NCBI GenBank assembly: GCA_963741205.1
Contig: CAVUHW010000018.1
Coordinates: 64,001-128,000 of the forward strand
DNA length: 64,000 nt
Direction of reading: 5' to 3'
Source: Nitrospirota bacterium
Lineage (GTDB): Bacteria > Nitrospirota > UBA9217
How positions within the stretch are numbered: the first letter of the stretch is position 1; each line of letters starts with the position of its first letter. This document shows positions 54,502 through 64,000 of the stretch, in pieces. Made by a program: the position numbers and the translations under genes. Below the pieces are notes generated by a model. It was not told the origin of the DNA. It was given only the letters and a program-made list of their open reading frames with translations, and made no database searches.

Positions 54502-55209
54502 TTATGGAGTTGCCGGTTCCGAGAGGGAAGAATGCTCCTTTGCCGCCACAAAATTTTCGATTGCCGCTTTGGCGTCCGGCGTCAGTTTTTCAAACCTGAC
54601 GCCGTGCCGCTTGACGCCGGCTTTCTGCGCGTTATGAATCGACCTGATGATCTCACCGGCCACAACGATCTGTTTGGATTCGGGGAGGAAAAACGAGCAC
54701 GTGACCCGGTCCCCTTCCTTGAGGTCCCGGTCCGTCTCAACCAGCAGGCCCGTCGTGCTGATGTTCTCTGACTTGCAGAAAAAGGCCTTATCCTTAGCGG
54801 TGCCGGCGATATTGATGCTCAGGAGAACGCGATACGACGCCCGCCATAATATGCCAAGGAGGCTCCGCGCCTTCTCCAGAAGAAGGGCGGCATCGACCGG
54901 CAGTGTCATGACGGCGTGCGCATGACATTGTTCCGCGCGTTCCTTGTCGCCCTGCGCCCCGTCACAGAGCATGATGAGGGACACTCTGCGCAATTCCCGA
55001 TCATTGCTGATGACGGCGAAAAGCTCTTCGGTCTTCATGCCGGGCATGTTGAGTTGCGAGATGATGAGGTTTACTTTTTCGGCCCGGTGAACGGCCAGTA
55101 TGTCATCGTTCGTTGTCGCGCTGAACATTTTGACATCGGCCCGGCTCAAAAAGCTGTTTTGCTTTACCAGGAGAGGTTTTAAGACGTCTGGGACAAGGAT
55201 CTTTTTCAT
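54502..55209 (-). CDS. Degenerate receiver domain plus PilZ domain protein
   Basis: REC-like N-terminus (LIISQLNMPGM, Gln at the Asp position); RASYR and NISTTGL PilZ motifs. Confidence 0.8.
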   Translation of the reverse strand: MKKILVPDVLKPLLVKQNSFLSRADVKMFSATTNDDILAVHRAEKVNLIISQLNMPGMKTEELFAVISNDRELRRVSLIMLCDGAQGDKERAEQCHAHAVMTLPVDAALLLEKARSLLGILWRASYRVLLSINIAGTAKDKAFFCKSENISTTGLLVETDRDLKEGDRVTCSFFLPESKQIVVAGEIIRSIHNAQKAGVKRHGVRFEKLTPDAKAAIENFVAAKEHSSLSEPATP

Positions 55210-55341
55210 GAGCTCACCCCGTTCACGGCGCTGGACAAGCGATCTTATGCTGAAAGCATACGTATTATATCGATATGATTCTTAAGATCAAGACATTTTT
55301 TTGTCCGCAAGAAGCATCCCGATGCGGCGGGGGGAGCCCGG

Positions 55342-55803
55342 TCAGGTACTCAATCTCTTCATCAACTCACCCAGAAGCGCGGTCTGCGCGGGATTGATCT
55401 TTTCCCTTGCACCCTCGATTGTAAACCATCCGGCCCTATCCACTTCCGGGAACTCCTGCATCTTTCCGCTCTTCGGCGGCCATTCGAGAGTGAAGGTATT
55501 GCTCCGTATCGTTTCGGCGTTGCAGTCCCCTTCCACGGCCCAGGCAAGTACGATCTTGCCGCTCTTCTGCGTCACGGACAAAAGAGGGATAAAGTTCCCT
55601 TCGGCCCTGCACCCGGTCTCTTCCTCGAACTCCCGTTTTGCGGCAGCAAGCGCGTCCTCTCCTTCATCGAGCTCCCCTTTCGGGACGGACCAGGCGCCCG
55701 CATCCTTTTTCGCAAAGAACGGCCCGCCGGGATGGACGAGGAAGACTTTAAGGGCGCTGTTTTCCCTTTTAAAGAGAAGAATCCCCGCGCTGGTCTTCGG
55801 CAT
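55342..55803 (-). CDS. NUDIX hydrolase
   Basis: SAGILLF, LVHPGGPF, WSVPKGE...AAKREFEEETG, FPEVDRA. Confidence 0.9.
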   Translation of the reverse strand: MPKTSAGILLFKRENSALKVFLVHPGGPFFAKKDAGAWSVPKGELDEGEDALAAAKREFEEETGCRAEGNFIPLLSVTQKSGKIVLAWAVEGDCNAETIRSNTFTLEWPPKSGKMQEFPEVDRAGWFTIEGAREKINPAQTALLGELMKRLST

Positions 55804-55840
55804 AATTCGCCTACCTCTCGTAAACAAAATCAAGACCTTG

Positions 55841-55934
55841 AACCGCCAAGGCGCAAAGGTCGCGAAGGTTTAGAGCTTTAAACCCGGAGTTTAGAATTTA
55901 AGATTTCCTTTGCGTCCTTCGCGACTTCGCGGTG
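55841..55934. repeat. Opposed 9-mer repeat arrays forming a long hairpin
   Basis: accgccaag-gcgcaaagg-tcgcgaagg ... cctttgcgt-ccttcgcga-cttcgcggt. Confidence 0.7.
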
Positions 55935-56017
55935 ATAATTTTCTTGCCGTTTTGAGAAGACTTAATTATCCAATTAACAGTATAGCGGAAAGCGGAGGCA
56001 AGCGGGATGACACTTTA

Positions 56018-56113
56018 CCCCGTTAGAGAAAGCCGCCATCACTGATGGCGGCCAAAGAGATCGAAGTGCAAATCCGCATCCATAAATGTCAGGGAACTTT
56101 TTCTCTAACGGGG
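56018..56113. mobile_element. 96-bp MITE-like element
   Basis: Perfect terminal inverted repeats CCCCGTTAGAGAAA / TTTCTCTAACGGGG, flanked by (T)TTA direct repeats; internal hairpin gccgccatc-act-gatggcggc. Confidence 0.7.
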
Positions 56114-56179
56114 TTTACTTCATCTCTTCATGCGTCTATAATCGTCATTATTACAAAGCGCACGACGAGGTAGGACAAA

Positions 56180-56671
56180 ATGAAAATAGAGCTCACCAAG
56201 GAAGAGTATCGCTATCTCCTGGATCTGCTGTATACAGCCAATTGGGTCCTCAATGCCCATAAAGCCGAGGAAGACCCCCGCACAAAACCTTACGACAAGG
56301 TCATTCAGAAAATCTACTCCCTGGCCAGGCCAACGGGATTCGGCAGTTTGATCGAATACGACCCGCATGACCGGCGCTACTACCCTACCGGGGAATTTGA
56401 AGATGCCACGGAGGCTGCGGAATTCATCGATGAATATGTCGACGATACTTTTTGGGACGAACTGGTTTACCGGCTCTCGGAGCGGGACGCCGCCCACCGG
56501 GTGGGAGGTTACGAGCAGTTTCGCCTGCTCAGTCCAGAAGACCGCACAGCGCTGGAGACCCCCGCCCATGAGAGGTATGCCGAGGAGTTCAAGAAGAACG
56601 GGATCCAACATCTCGTGATAACCGAAGAGTTCGGTCTGAGCGCCGCGAAACCAGTAAAGACATCGGACTAG
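56180..56671 (+). CDS. Acidic hypothetical protein
   Basis: 163-aa ORF with RBS agga; IDEYVDDTFWDELVYRLSERD. Confidence 0.7.
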   Translation: MKIELTKEEYRYLLDLLYTANWVLNAHKAEEDPRTKPYDKVIQKIYSLARPTGFGSLIEYDPHDRRYYPTGEFEDATEAAEFIDEYVDDTFWDELVYRLSERDAAHRVGGYEQFRLLSPEDRTALETPAHERYAEEFKKNGIQHLVITEEFGLSAAKPVKTSD

Positions 56672-56742
56672 GGCAGGGTCATCTTTACAGTACTGCCCTG
56701 TCCGTCTATAATGAAGCCATCGACGCACCGGAGGCATCGGTA

Positions 56743-57801
56743 ATGAAAAAAACCATAGCTGTCCTCATCATTCCCCTGCTGTTGGGCTGCCTGAGCAAAA
56801 AGCCGGAAACGGCGCCGCTCTCTTTCATCGAACGTCATATGAAGAACGTGACCCAGCTTACCCATGACGGCGACAACGGCGAGGCCTATTTCTCCTGGGA
56901 CGGGAAGAAACTCATATTCCAGTCGAACCGCGAGGGATACGGCTGCGACAAGATCTGGACCATGAACATCGACGGGTCGGACCTGCGCATGGTCAGCCCC
57001 GAGCCACGGGGCGCATACCTGCTCGTTCTTCTGCCCTGATGAGAAGCGCGATCGTCTTTGCTTCGACGAGCCACCTTGCCGGCGACTGCCCGCCGAAAGG
57101 ACTGACTCCCGGCCGGCTATGTCTGGCCGCTCTATCCCTACGATATCTTCTCCGTGAACCTCGACGGAACCGACCTCAGGCAATTGACCGACAATCCCAA
57201 ATATGACGCCGAACCCGTCGTGTCCCCTGACGGAAAGCAGATCGTATTCGGCTCGCAGCGGGAAGGCGATTTCGACATTTACATTATGAACATCGACGGT
57301 TCCAACGTGCGCAGGCTCACGGATCGCGTGGGCTATGACGGCGGCCCGTGGTTCTCTCCCGACGGAAAGAAAATCGTCTGGCGCGCCTGGTATCCCGAGA
57401 CGGAAGAAGAGAAGGCGCTCTGGAAAGACTGCATGGAGAAGAACTATATCGTCGCCGTCCCCCTCGACATCTGGGTCATGGACGTGGACGGGTCGAACAA
57501 GAAGCGGCTTCTGCACAACGGCGCCACGAACTGGGCGCCCTCATGGCATCCCGACGGGAAACGCATTATTTTCTCCAGCAACATGGACGACTGGCACGCA
57601 GACATCGGGAAATTCGGCCACAATTTCGAACTCTATCTTATCAACCTCGACGGCACGGGCCTTGAGCGCATCACCTTCAACACGGTGTTCGACAGCTTCC
57701 CCATGTTCTCACCGGACGGGAAGAAAATCGTCTTCGGGTCGAACCGCAGCTCGCAAAATCCGCATGAGACGGACATCTTCATCGCGGATTGGGAAGAATG
57801 A
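56743..57801 (+). CDS. TolB-like PD40 beta-propeller lipoprotein; frameshifted
   Basis: Lipobox LLGC; GEAYFSWDGKKLIFQS and repeated SPDGK.IVF.S units. Confidence 0.88.
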
Positions 57802-58001
57802 CAACGGAGTGCGATCATGACCGCATTGATCTATTTGACTGCATCCCCCTCTAAATCTCCACCTTGAAGATACGGGCATGCACCAGATCGTAATGGTTCC
57901 TCGCAAGCCTTCAAGAGGAGATCTAGGAATGGCGGATGACCGTTCTCGTGGGACTGTGGCTGCGGCAAGCTCCTGCTGCCAATTGAGGAATATTGCAAAT
58001 C

Positions 58002-61000
58002 ATGAATCGCGGATTATTCACTTCTTTATTCCTCATTATGTTATTCCAAACGACTCCCCTCTTCGCCCAATCCTCCTACTTTCATCACGACCTCTCGGTC
58101 ACCGTCTCGCCCTCGGAGCACCGCATCACGGTCGTGGACACCGTCACCTTGCCGAAGGAGACCCCCGGGGAGGTCCGGTTTACGCTTCACAGCGGTTTGA
58201 AACCGGCCTCAACGACGCCCCGGGTCAGCGTCATCAAACAGGCTGATGAACGCGGACCCGTGCCCCTCGAATCATACCAGGTCAATATCCCTCGGGACCT
58301 CAGGGCCTTCGTGATCACCTACGAGGGAAGCATTTACCATCCCGTCGAACAGACCGGCAAAGAGCAGGCGCGGGGCTTCAGCGAGTCTCCAGGCATCGTT
58401 TCCCCTGAAGGCGTGTACCTGTCAGGCGCGTCCGGCTGGTATCCCGACTTCGGCTCATCCCTGGTGACCTTCGACCTCGATGTGAGGCTGCCTTCCGGCT
58501 GGGACGCGGTGAGCCAGGGCGCACGGGCCATCCGCGATCAGGGCGGCAACGCGGCATTCCTGCGCTGGAATTCTCCGGAGCCGCAGGAGGCGATCTTCCT
58601 CATCGCCGCCCCCTTTGCCTCCTACGAGAAAGAGGCGGGCCCGCTCACGGCCATGGTCTTCCTGCGCGCGCCGGACCCGGCCCTGGCGGACAAGTACCTT
58701 GACGCCACGGTGCGCTACATCGACCTGTACAGCAGGCTCATCGGTCCCTATCCCTACAAGAAGTTCGCCCTTGTCGAGAACTTCTGGGAAACGGGTTTCG
58801 GCATGCCGTCGTTTACGCTCCTGGGCCCGCAAGTGATCCGCCTTCCCTTCATCATCAACACCTCCTACCCCCACGAGATCCTGCACAACTGGTGGGGCAA
58901 CAGCGTGTACCCGGATTATGAAAAAGGCAATTGGTCCGAGGGTCTCACGGCATACCTCGCCGACCACCTGCTCCGCGAGCAGCAGGGAAGCGGAGCCGAA
59001 TACCGCGTCGCCACGCTCCAGAAGTATGCGGACTACGTGCGCGGCAGCAAGGATTTCCCGCTTACTGACTTTCGGTCCCGCCACAGTCCCTCCACGGAAG
59101 CCGTGGGCTACGGCAAGTCCATGATGTTCTTCCACATGCTGCGGCTCGAGCTTGGCGACGACGCGTTTCGAAAGGGGCTCAGGGAATTCTACCGGAAATA
59201 TAAATTTCACCTCGCCTCCTTCGACGACATCAGGACAACTTTCGAAGCCGTTTCCGGAGCGAACCTCAAACAGGAATTCGAGCAATGGGTGGAGCGCCCC
59301 GGCGCGCCGCAGCTCCAGGTAAAAAGGCCGGCGGCCGCGCCGGAGCAAAACGGCTTTGTCCTCACGGCGACGGTCGAGCAGACCCAGCCCGGCGACGCCT
59401 ACCGTCTGAGGGTCCCCGTTGCCGTGACCATGGAAGGACAAGAGCGAGCGTTCCAGACGACCGCCTTGATGACCGGCAAAAAGCTGGAGCTGAAGCTCGC
59501 GCTGCCCGCGCGGCCGGAGAGGCTCGATATCGATCCCGAGTTCGACCTCTTCCGCAGGCTCGACCGCGACGAGGTCCCGCCCTCGATTTCCCTGGCGCTC
59601 GGTGCAAGAAAAATGCTGGTGATACTCCCCTCAGGGGCCGGCGATAACGCCCTGAGCGCATACCGCGAATTTTCAAGGTTCCTGTCTAAGTCCGGTCCCG
59701 ACGAGGTCGAGGTCAAACTCGATACGGAAGTGAAGGAACTGCCGGCTGACCGCGCAGTAACGGTCCTGGGATGGGAAAACCGTTTTCTCCCCGAGGCCGC
59801 CGCTGCCCTGGAAGGCTATAGTATGACCCTGACGGACCAGTCGGTCCGGATCGACCGGACGACAGTCGACCGCAGGAACCATGCCTTCGTGCTCACGGCC
59901 CGGCTTCCGAAAAACCGCGACATGGCACTCTCGTTGATCGCCGCGGACGTGCCCGGCTCGCTGCCCGGCCTGGCAACGAAGCTCCCCCATTACCACACTT
60001 ACAGCTACCTTGCCTTCGAGGGCGCGGAGCCCGCAAATGTGGCAAAGGGACGGTGGCGCGTTACCGATTCTCCGCTCACTGCCTTTGTCCCGGATAAAAA
60101 AGGGACGATCAATAAAGTCGGGATGGCAAAACTCGCGCCCCGCCAGCCGCTCGCGAGCCTTGAATCGCCCTTTTCACGGGAACGCATGATGGAGACGATA
60201 CGGTTCCTGGCGAGCGAGGACCTCGGCGGACGCGGATTCGGCACGCCGGGACTGGACAAGGCCGCCGACTATATCGCAAAGGAATTCAAGGCCGCGGGTC
60301 TCGCTCCTGGAGGAGACGAGGAAGGCGGCTTTTTCCAGACCTTCGAGGATATCGGCGGCGACGCGGCCCGCGCCGCGACGTTGAAAAACGTCATCGGCGT
60401 CATTCCCGGCAGGAAACCGGAGATGAAACAGCAGAGCGTGGTCGTCGGCGCCCACTACGACCACCTGGGAACGGGATGGCCGGAAACGAGGGATAAAAAA
60501 CCGGGAAAGATCCATCCCGGCGCCGACGACAACGCAAGCGGCGTGGCCGTGCTGATCGAGCTTGCGCGCGTGCTCGCTGCAGGTCCGAGGCCGGACCGGA
60601 CGATCGTGTTCGTCGCCTTCACCGGGGAAGAGGCGGGCAAGCGGGGCTCGAAATATTACGTGGCGCATGAGAAGCGCCTATCCCGCGCAGGACTGCATCG
60701 GCATGGTGAACCTCGATACCGTTGGCCGGCTCGGGAAAAACAAACTCCTGGTCCTCGGCGCCGGGTCAGCGAAGGAATGGGTGCACATCTTCCGCGGAGC
60801 GGGGTTTGTCACGGGCGTGGACATCGAGACCGTGTCCGCCGAACTGGACTCGAGCGATCAGAAGAGCTTTCAGGAAGCGGGGGTGCCGGCGGTCCAGCTC
60901 TTCTCCGGGCCGAACCTGGACTATCATCGCACGACGGACACCGTTGACAAGATAGACGCCGACGGCCTGGTGAAAGTGGCATCCGTGGCAAAAGAAGCGG

Positions 61001-61344
61001 TCGAATATCTCGCGGGTCGTGAAGGGCCGCTGACGCGGTCCACGCAGGAGGGAAGGCCCCCTGCGACTCCATCAGGTCAGCGGAAGGTAGGCCTCGGCAC
61101 TATTCCGGACTTTGCCTACAGCGGAAAGGGCTTCAGGCTTTCCGGCGTGGCAGCGGGCTCTCCGGCGGAAGCTGCGGGACTCAAAGAAGGCGATGTTATC
61201 GTGCGGATGAACAACTCCGCCGTTGAAAGCTTGAAGGATTTTTCCGACATTTTGAAAACATTACATCCCGGGGATAAGGTCTCGATCATCTTCATGCGGG
61301 AGGGGAAGGAATACACGGTTGATTCCCAAGTACGAGAACGCTAG
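58002..61344 (+). CDS. Exported M1 aminopeptidase + M28 peptidase + PDZ fusion; frameshift near 60675
   Basis: HEILHNWWGN...WSEG (M1 HExxH..E); GAHYDHLG, GADDNASG, FTGEE, NLD, DYH (M28); GSPAEAAGLKEGDVI (PDZ). Confidence 0.9.
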
Positions 61345-61459
61345 TTGACGGCGCCGATCCTATCCTGCTCAATCCGCAATACCAGGCCAAATTAAGGTAT
61401 AGCGGGCCAGTCATTGCCGCATCACTTTCCGCCCTGTCTCGTCCCTCGGCGATCTTCTC

Positions 61460-62197
61460 TCACATCCCCCACTGAAGCCGTTCCGCAAGCCGCGGCGGCA
61501 GACCCGCCGCGATGATCTTGTCCTGGCACGTCCGCATATCGTACTCCACACGGTGGAACGTCACCCTGAGGTCCTGATCGTCATAGACCAGAAAGGCAGG
61601 CCGCGGGTCCCCGTCGCGGGGCTGGCCCACGCTACCCGGGTTGATCAGATACCGCTTTCCCGGAAGCAGTTGAAGATCCTCGAGCGCGAGCACTGTCGAG
61701 ATAACGCCGTGCTGCTCGATCAGGGCCGCCCTTACGTGGGTATGGCCGAAAAACCCTAGGGAGACCGGTCCCGGCAGGCCTGCTAGGAGCCGAAAATTGT
61801 CCTGGGCGTCGTTCCGGTAGAGGATGTAGCGGTCAGTATCGTGGATGGAGCCGTGGAAGAGAAAAAAGTCGCGGATATGCAGTTCGCGAGGCAGGCCCGA
61901 GAGGAATTGCCTGTTCTCGCCGGTGAGCTTTTCCCTGGTCCAGAGAACGGCGGCCCGCGCCAGGGGATTGAAGTCATCAGGTTCTTCGAGACCGGCGGCG
62001 CAGGCGTCATGATTGCCGAGAATGCATCGGACCTTCTCCTTCCGGAGGATGTCCAGGACCTCGTTGGGGTTTGCGTTGTAACCCACCGTATCTCCGAGGC
62101 AGACGAGGTCATCCACCTTCAGTGATTTCATCCGGTCAAGTACCGCGGTCAGCGCTTCCAGGTTCGCATGAATATCGGAGACCACCGCGGTGCGCAT
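61460..62197 (-). CDS. Metallophosphoesterase (calcineurin-like)
   Basis: SDIHAN, LGDTVGY, GNHD, HGS, GHTH, NPGSVGQPRDGD. Confidence 0.93.
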   Translation of the reverse strand: MRTAVVSDIHANLEALTAVLDRMKSLKVDDLVCLGDTVGYNANPNEVLDILRKEKVRCILGNHDACAAGLEEPDDFNPLARAAVLWTREKLTGENRQFLSGLPRELHIRDFFLFHGSIHDTDRYILYRNDAQDNFRLLAGLPGPVSLGFFGHTHVRAALIEQHGVISTVLALEDLQLLPGKRYLINPGSVGQPRDGDPRPAFLVYDDQDLRVTFHRVEYDMRTCQDKIIAAGLPPRLAERLQWGM

Positions 62198-62489
62198 GTC
62201 GCATCCCTCCCTCTTTCGATCAACGCGTCATCCTGAATTAATTCTAGCAAATCCCGCACGCAGTGCTCAATGCCGCGTGGAAGGAGACCGGCGCTGTTCC
62301 TGCCTGCCCTGCGGAATGTGGCAGAGGCGCATGGAGAGGTATGGCCGCGGTTTCCGAAAAGGCTACGTAAACCGGAAGAGGAAGGAACAATTCTGCCGGA
62401 TAAAGGAGTAAAACCGAACGCTTCATGATACCGAAACATGCCTGCGTTCTTCTCTCAACGATGCATGATCGTGGAACATCTGCGGGCAC

Positions 62490-62948
62490 TCATACAGCGC
62501 CGACGAGTCTTTCAAAGTCCGCAACCAGTTCGCGGTTCTGATTTCTGATTTCTCCCGAGAAGACAATAAACCTCCCTTTTCTTCCCGTGATTTTGACCTC
62601 AGCAATAAGGGTGTCACCAGGACCGGCATTTCTCTTATACCGTACGGTCTTTTGAACAACGTGCGGATTGGTTTTCAATCCTTTGTTGGAGACGGAAACG
62701 AGTGCTGCCGCAACCAGGCATATGAACTCGTCCTGGGCATATCCGGGATACGTGGGGGCCCCGGGAAAATGCCCTTCAATATCCTGGTCGTCGGCGCAGA
62801 TTTCCTTAATCCCCAACATTGTTTCAGGAGCTCCGGAATGGTGAAAAACGCCGTCAATCTTTCTCAGCGCATTTCCCCGATGGGGCAATATCTCCTCCAA
62901 ACTCTTTCTGTTGAAGCAGGTGAACAATGCATCTCTGGACATTATCAT
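62490..62948 (-). CDS. FabZ-like hot-dog dehydratase
   Basis: ILPHR...ID, GHFPGAPTYPG...E, PGDTL. Confidence 0.75.
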   Translation of the reverse strand: MIMSRDALFTCFNRKSLEEILPHRGNALRKIDGVFHHSGAPETMLGIKEICADDQDIEGHFPGAPTYPGYAQDEFICLVAAALVSVSNKGLKTNPHVVQKTVRYKRNAGPGDTLIAEVKITGRKGRFIVFSGEIRNQNRELVADFERLVGAV

Positions 62949-63030
62949 CTCGTTACTCCCTCTACGGATGTCTTTTTTAAAAGCGATCAACAGGCCGGCT
63001 TGGCCGCGTTCAAAACACCTCGCTGCAAAA

Positions 63031-63987
63031 TCAACTGACTTTCACAACAACTTTTCCCCGCACCCTGCCCGTCTGACTGTAGGCGAGGGCCTCCTTCGCC
63101 TCGTCCAGGGAGAAGACCTTGTCCAGGACGACCTTGATCCTGCCGTCCCCGATCTGTCCGCAGAGCCAAGCCATATCTGCGGCCTTGAAACCCACCATCA
63201 TCGTGGCCGCCTTTTTCCCGGGTAAGAGCGACGTAAGCAGGATATCCCGGAAGATGGAGAGCGACGGCAGCGTATTGATATACACGCCGTTGGCGGTGAG
63301 GACTTTTCTGCATTCTCCGAACGCGCGTGATGACACCGTGTCGAAGATGATGTCATAGCGGTCGCCGGATTGCGTGAAATCGTGGTGATGGTAATCGATC
63401 ACCCGGTCCGCGCCGAGGCCCTTCACCAGGGCCTCATTGGCGCTGCTGCATACCGCCGTAACGTCTGCGCCGTAGAGCTTCGCAATCTGCACTGCGAAGG
63501 TCCCCACCCCGCCCGAGGCGCCGTTGATCAAAACCTTCTTGCCCGCGGCAATGGCGCCCTTGTCCCTGAGTGCGGTATACGCCGTCATACCGGCAATCGG
63601 GATTGCCGCGGCCTCTTCGAAGGACATGCTTTTCGGCTTCGGGAATACGGTCTTTCCCGGGATGGCGGCAAACTCCGCATAAGCACCGAGGCGGAATCCC
63701 GTCGTGGCGAGAACTTCGTCTCCTGGCTTGTACTTTACCACAAGGCTTCCCGTCTTGACGACCTCGCCTGCGCACTCGCTGCCGAGGATCTTCGGAAAGC
63801 TGCTGCCGACAACGATCCTCGTCTGGCCCTCCCGGGTCTTCCAGTCAACGGGGTTCACACCCGCCGCTCGTACACGGACGAGAACGTCGCCGGCTCTCAC
63901 GTACGGCATCGGCATGTCTTTCACTTCGATGACGTCATTGCCGCCGAATGCGTGGATCACGACCGCTTTCATGGTTTCCTTTCCCAT
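63031..63987 (-). CDS. MDR-family NAD(P)-dependent quinone oxidoreductase/alcohol dehydrogenase
   Basis: AAGVNPVDWK, GAYAEF, VLINGASGGVGTFAVQIAK, LGADRVIDY, GRVRGKVVV. Confidence 0.92.
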   Translation of the reverse strand: MGKETMKAVVIHAFGGNDVIEVKDMPMPYVRAGDVLVRVRAAGVNPVDWKTREGQTRIVVGSSFPKILGSECAGEVVKTGSLVVKYKPGDEVLATTGFRLGAYAEFAAIPGKTVFPKPKSMSFEEAAAIPIAGMTAYTALRDKGAIAAGKKVLINGASGGVGTFAVQIAKLYGADVTAVCSSANEALVKGLGADRVIDYHHHDFTQSGDRYDIIFDTVSSRAFGECRKVLTANGVYINTLPSLSIFRDILLTSLLPGKKAATMMVGFKAADMAWLCGQIGDGRIKVVLDKVFSLDEAKEALAYSQTGRVRGKVVVKVS

Positions 63988-64000
63988 GGTTCAAAACAAC

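Overview
GC-rich bacterial chromosomal window. Gene order and content suggest an anaerobic Nitrospirota or deltaproteobacterial-type organism (inference). Many genes, including essential ones, are split by single-base indels, which points to uncorrected long-read errors rather than real pseudogenes. 1-26 kb is a respiratory island: a Qrc/alternative-complex-III-like operon (minus strand) divergent from a Rieske/cytochrome b/pentaheme (CbcVWX-like) operon; a sigma-54-driven locus encoding a large secreted di-heme cytochrome c peroxidase-family protein with Ig-like domains and a C-terminal dockerin, followed by two paralogous lipoproteins ending in cohesin-like domains; an M56-like peptidase; a tandemly duplicated pair of small membrane proteins sharing a WRPxEAYL motif; a miniature Hmc-like complex; a 13-heme cytochrome/cytochrome b pair; and a two-component system. 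26-36.4 kb is the housekeeping pheA-hisC-aroF-tyrA-aroA-cmk-ispH-rpsA-sppA-ihfB cluster. 36.6-64 kb is mixed: ASKHA activator, glgC, glgB, ygiD, an ABC-2 exporter, a PAS kinase, a cyclic-dinucleotide (GEMM-I-like) riboswitch with GNAT/TrxB-like genes, a REC-PilZ protein, a PD40 lipoprotein, an M1-M28-PDZ peptidase and others. Intergenic regions carry several families of REP-like hairpins, 7/9/10-mer tandem repeats and two MITE-like elements. The best candidate for an undescribed system is the cellulosome-like cohesin-dockerin surface display of a heme redox enzyme (7.0-13.0 kb). All family calls come from motif recognition; no database searches were run.
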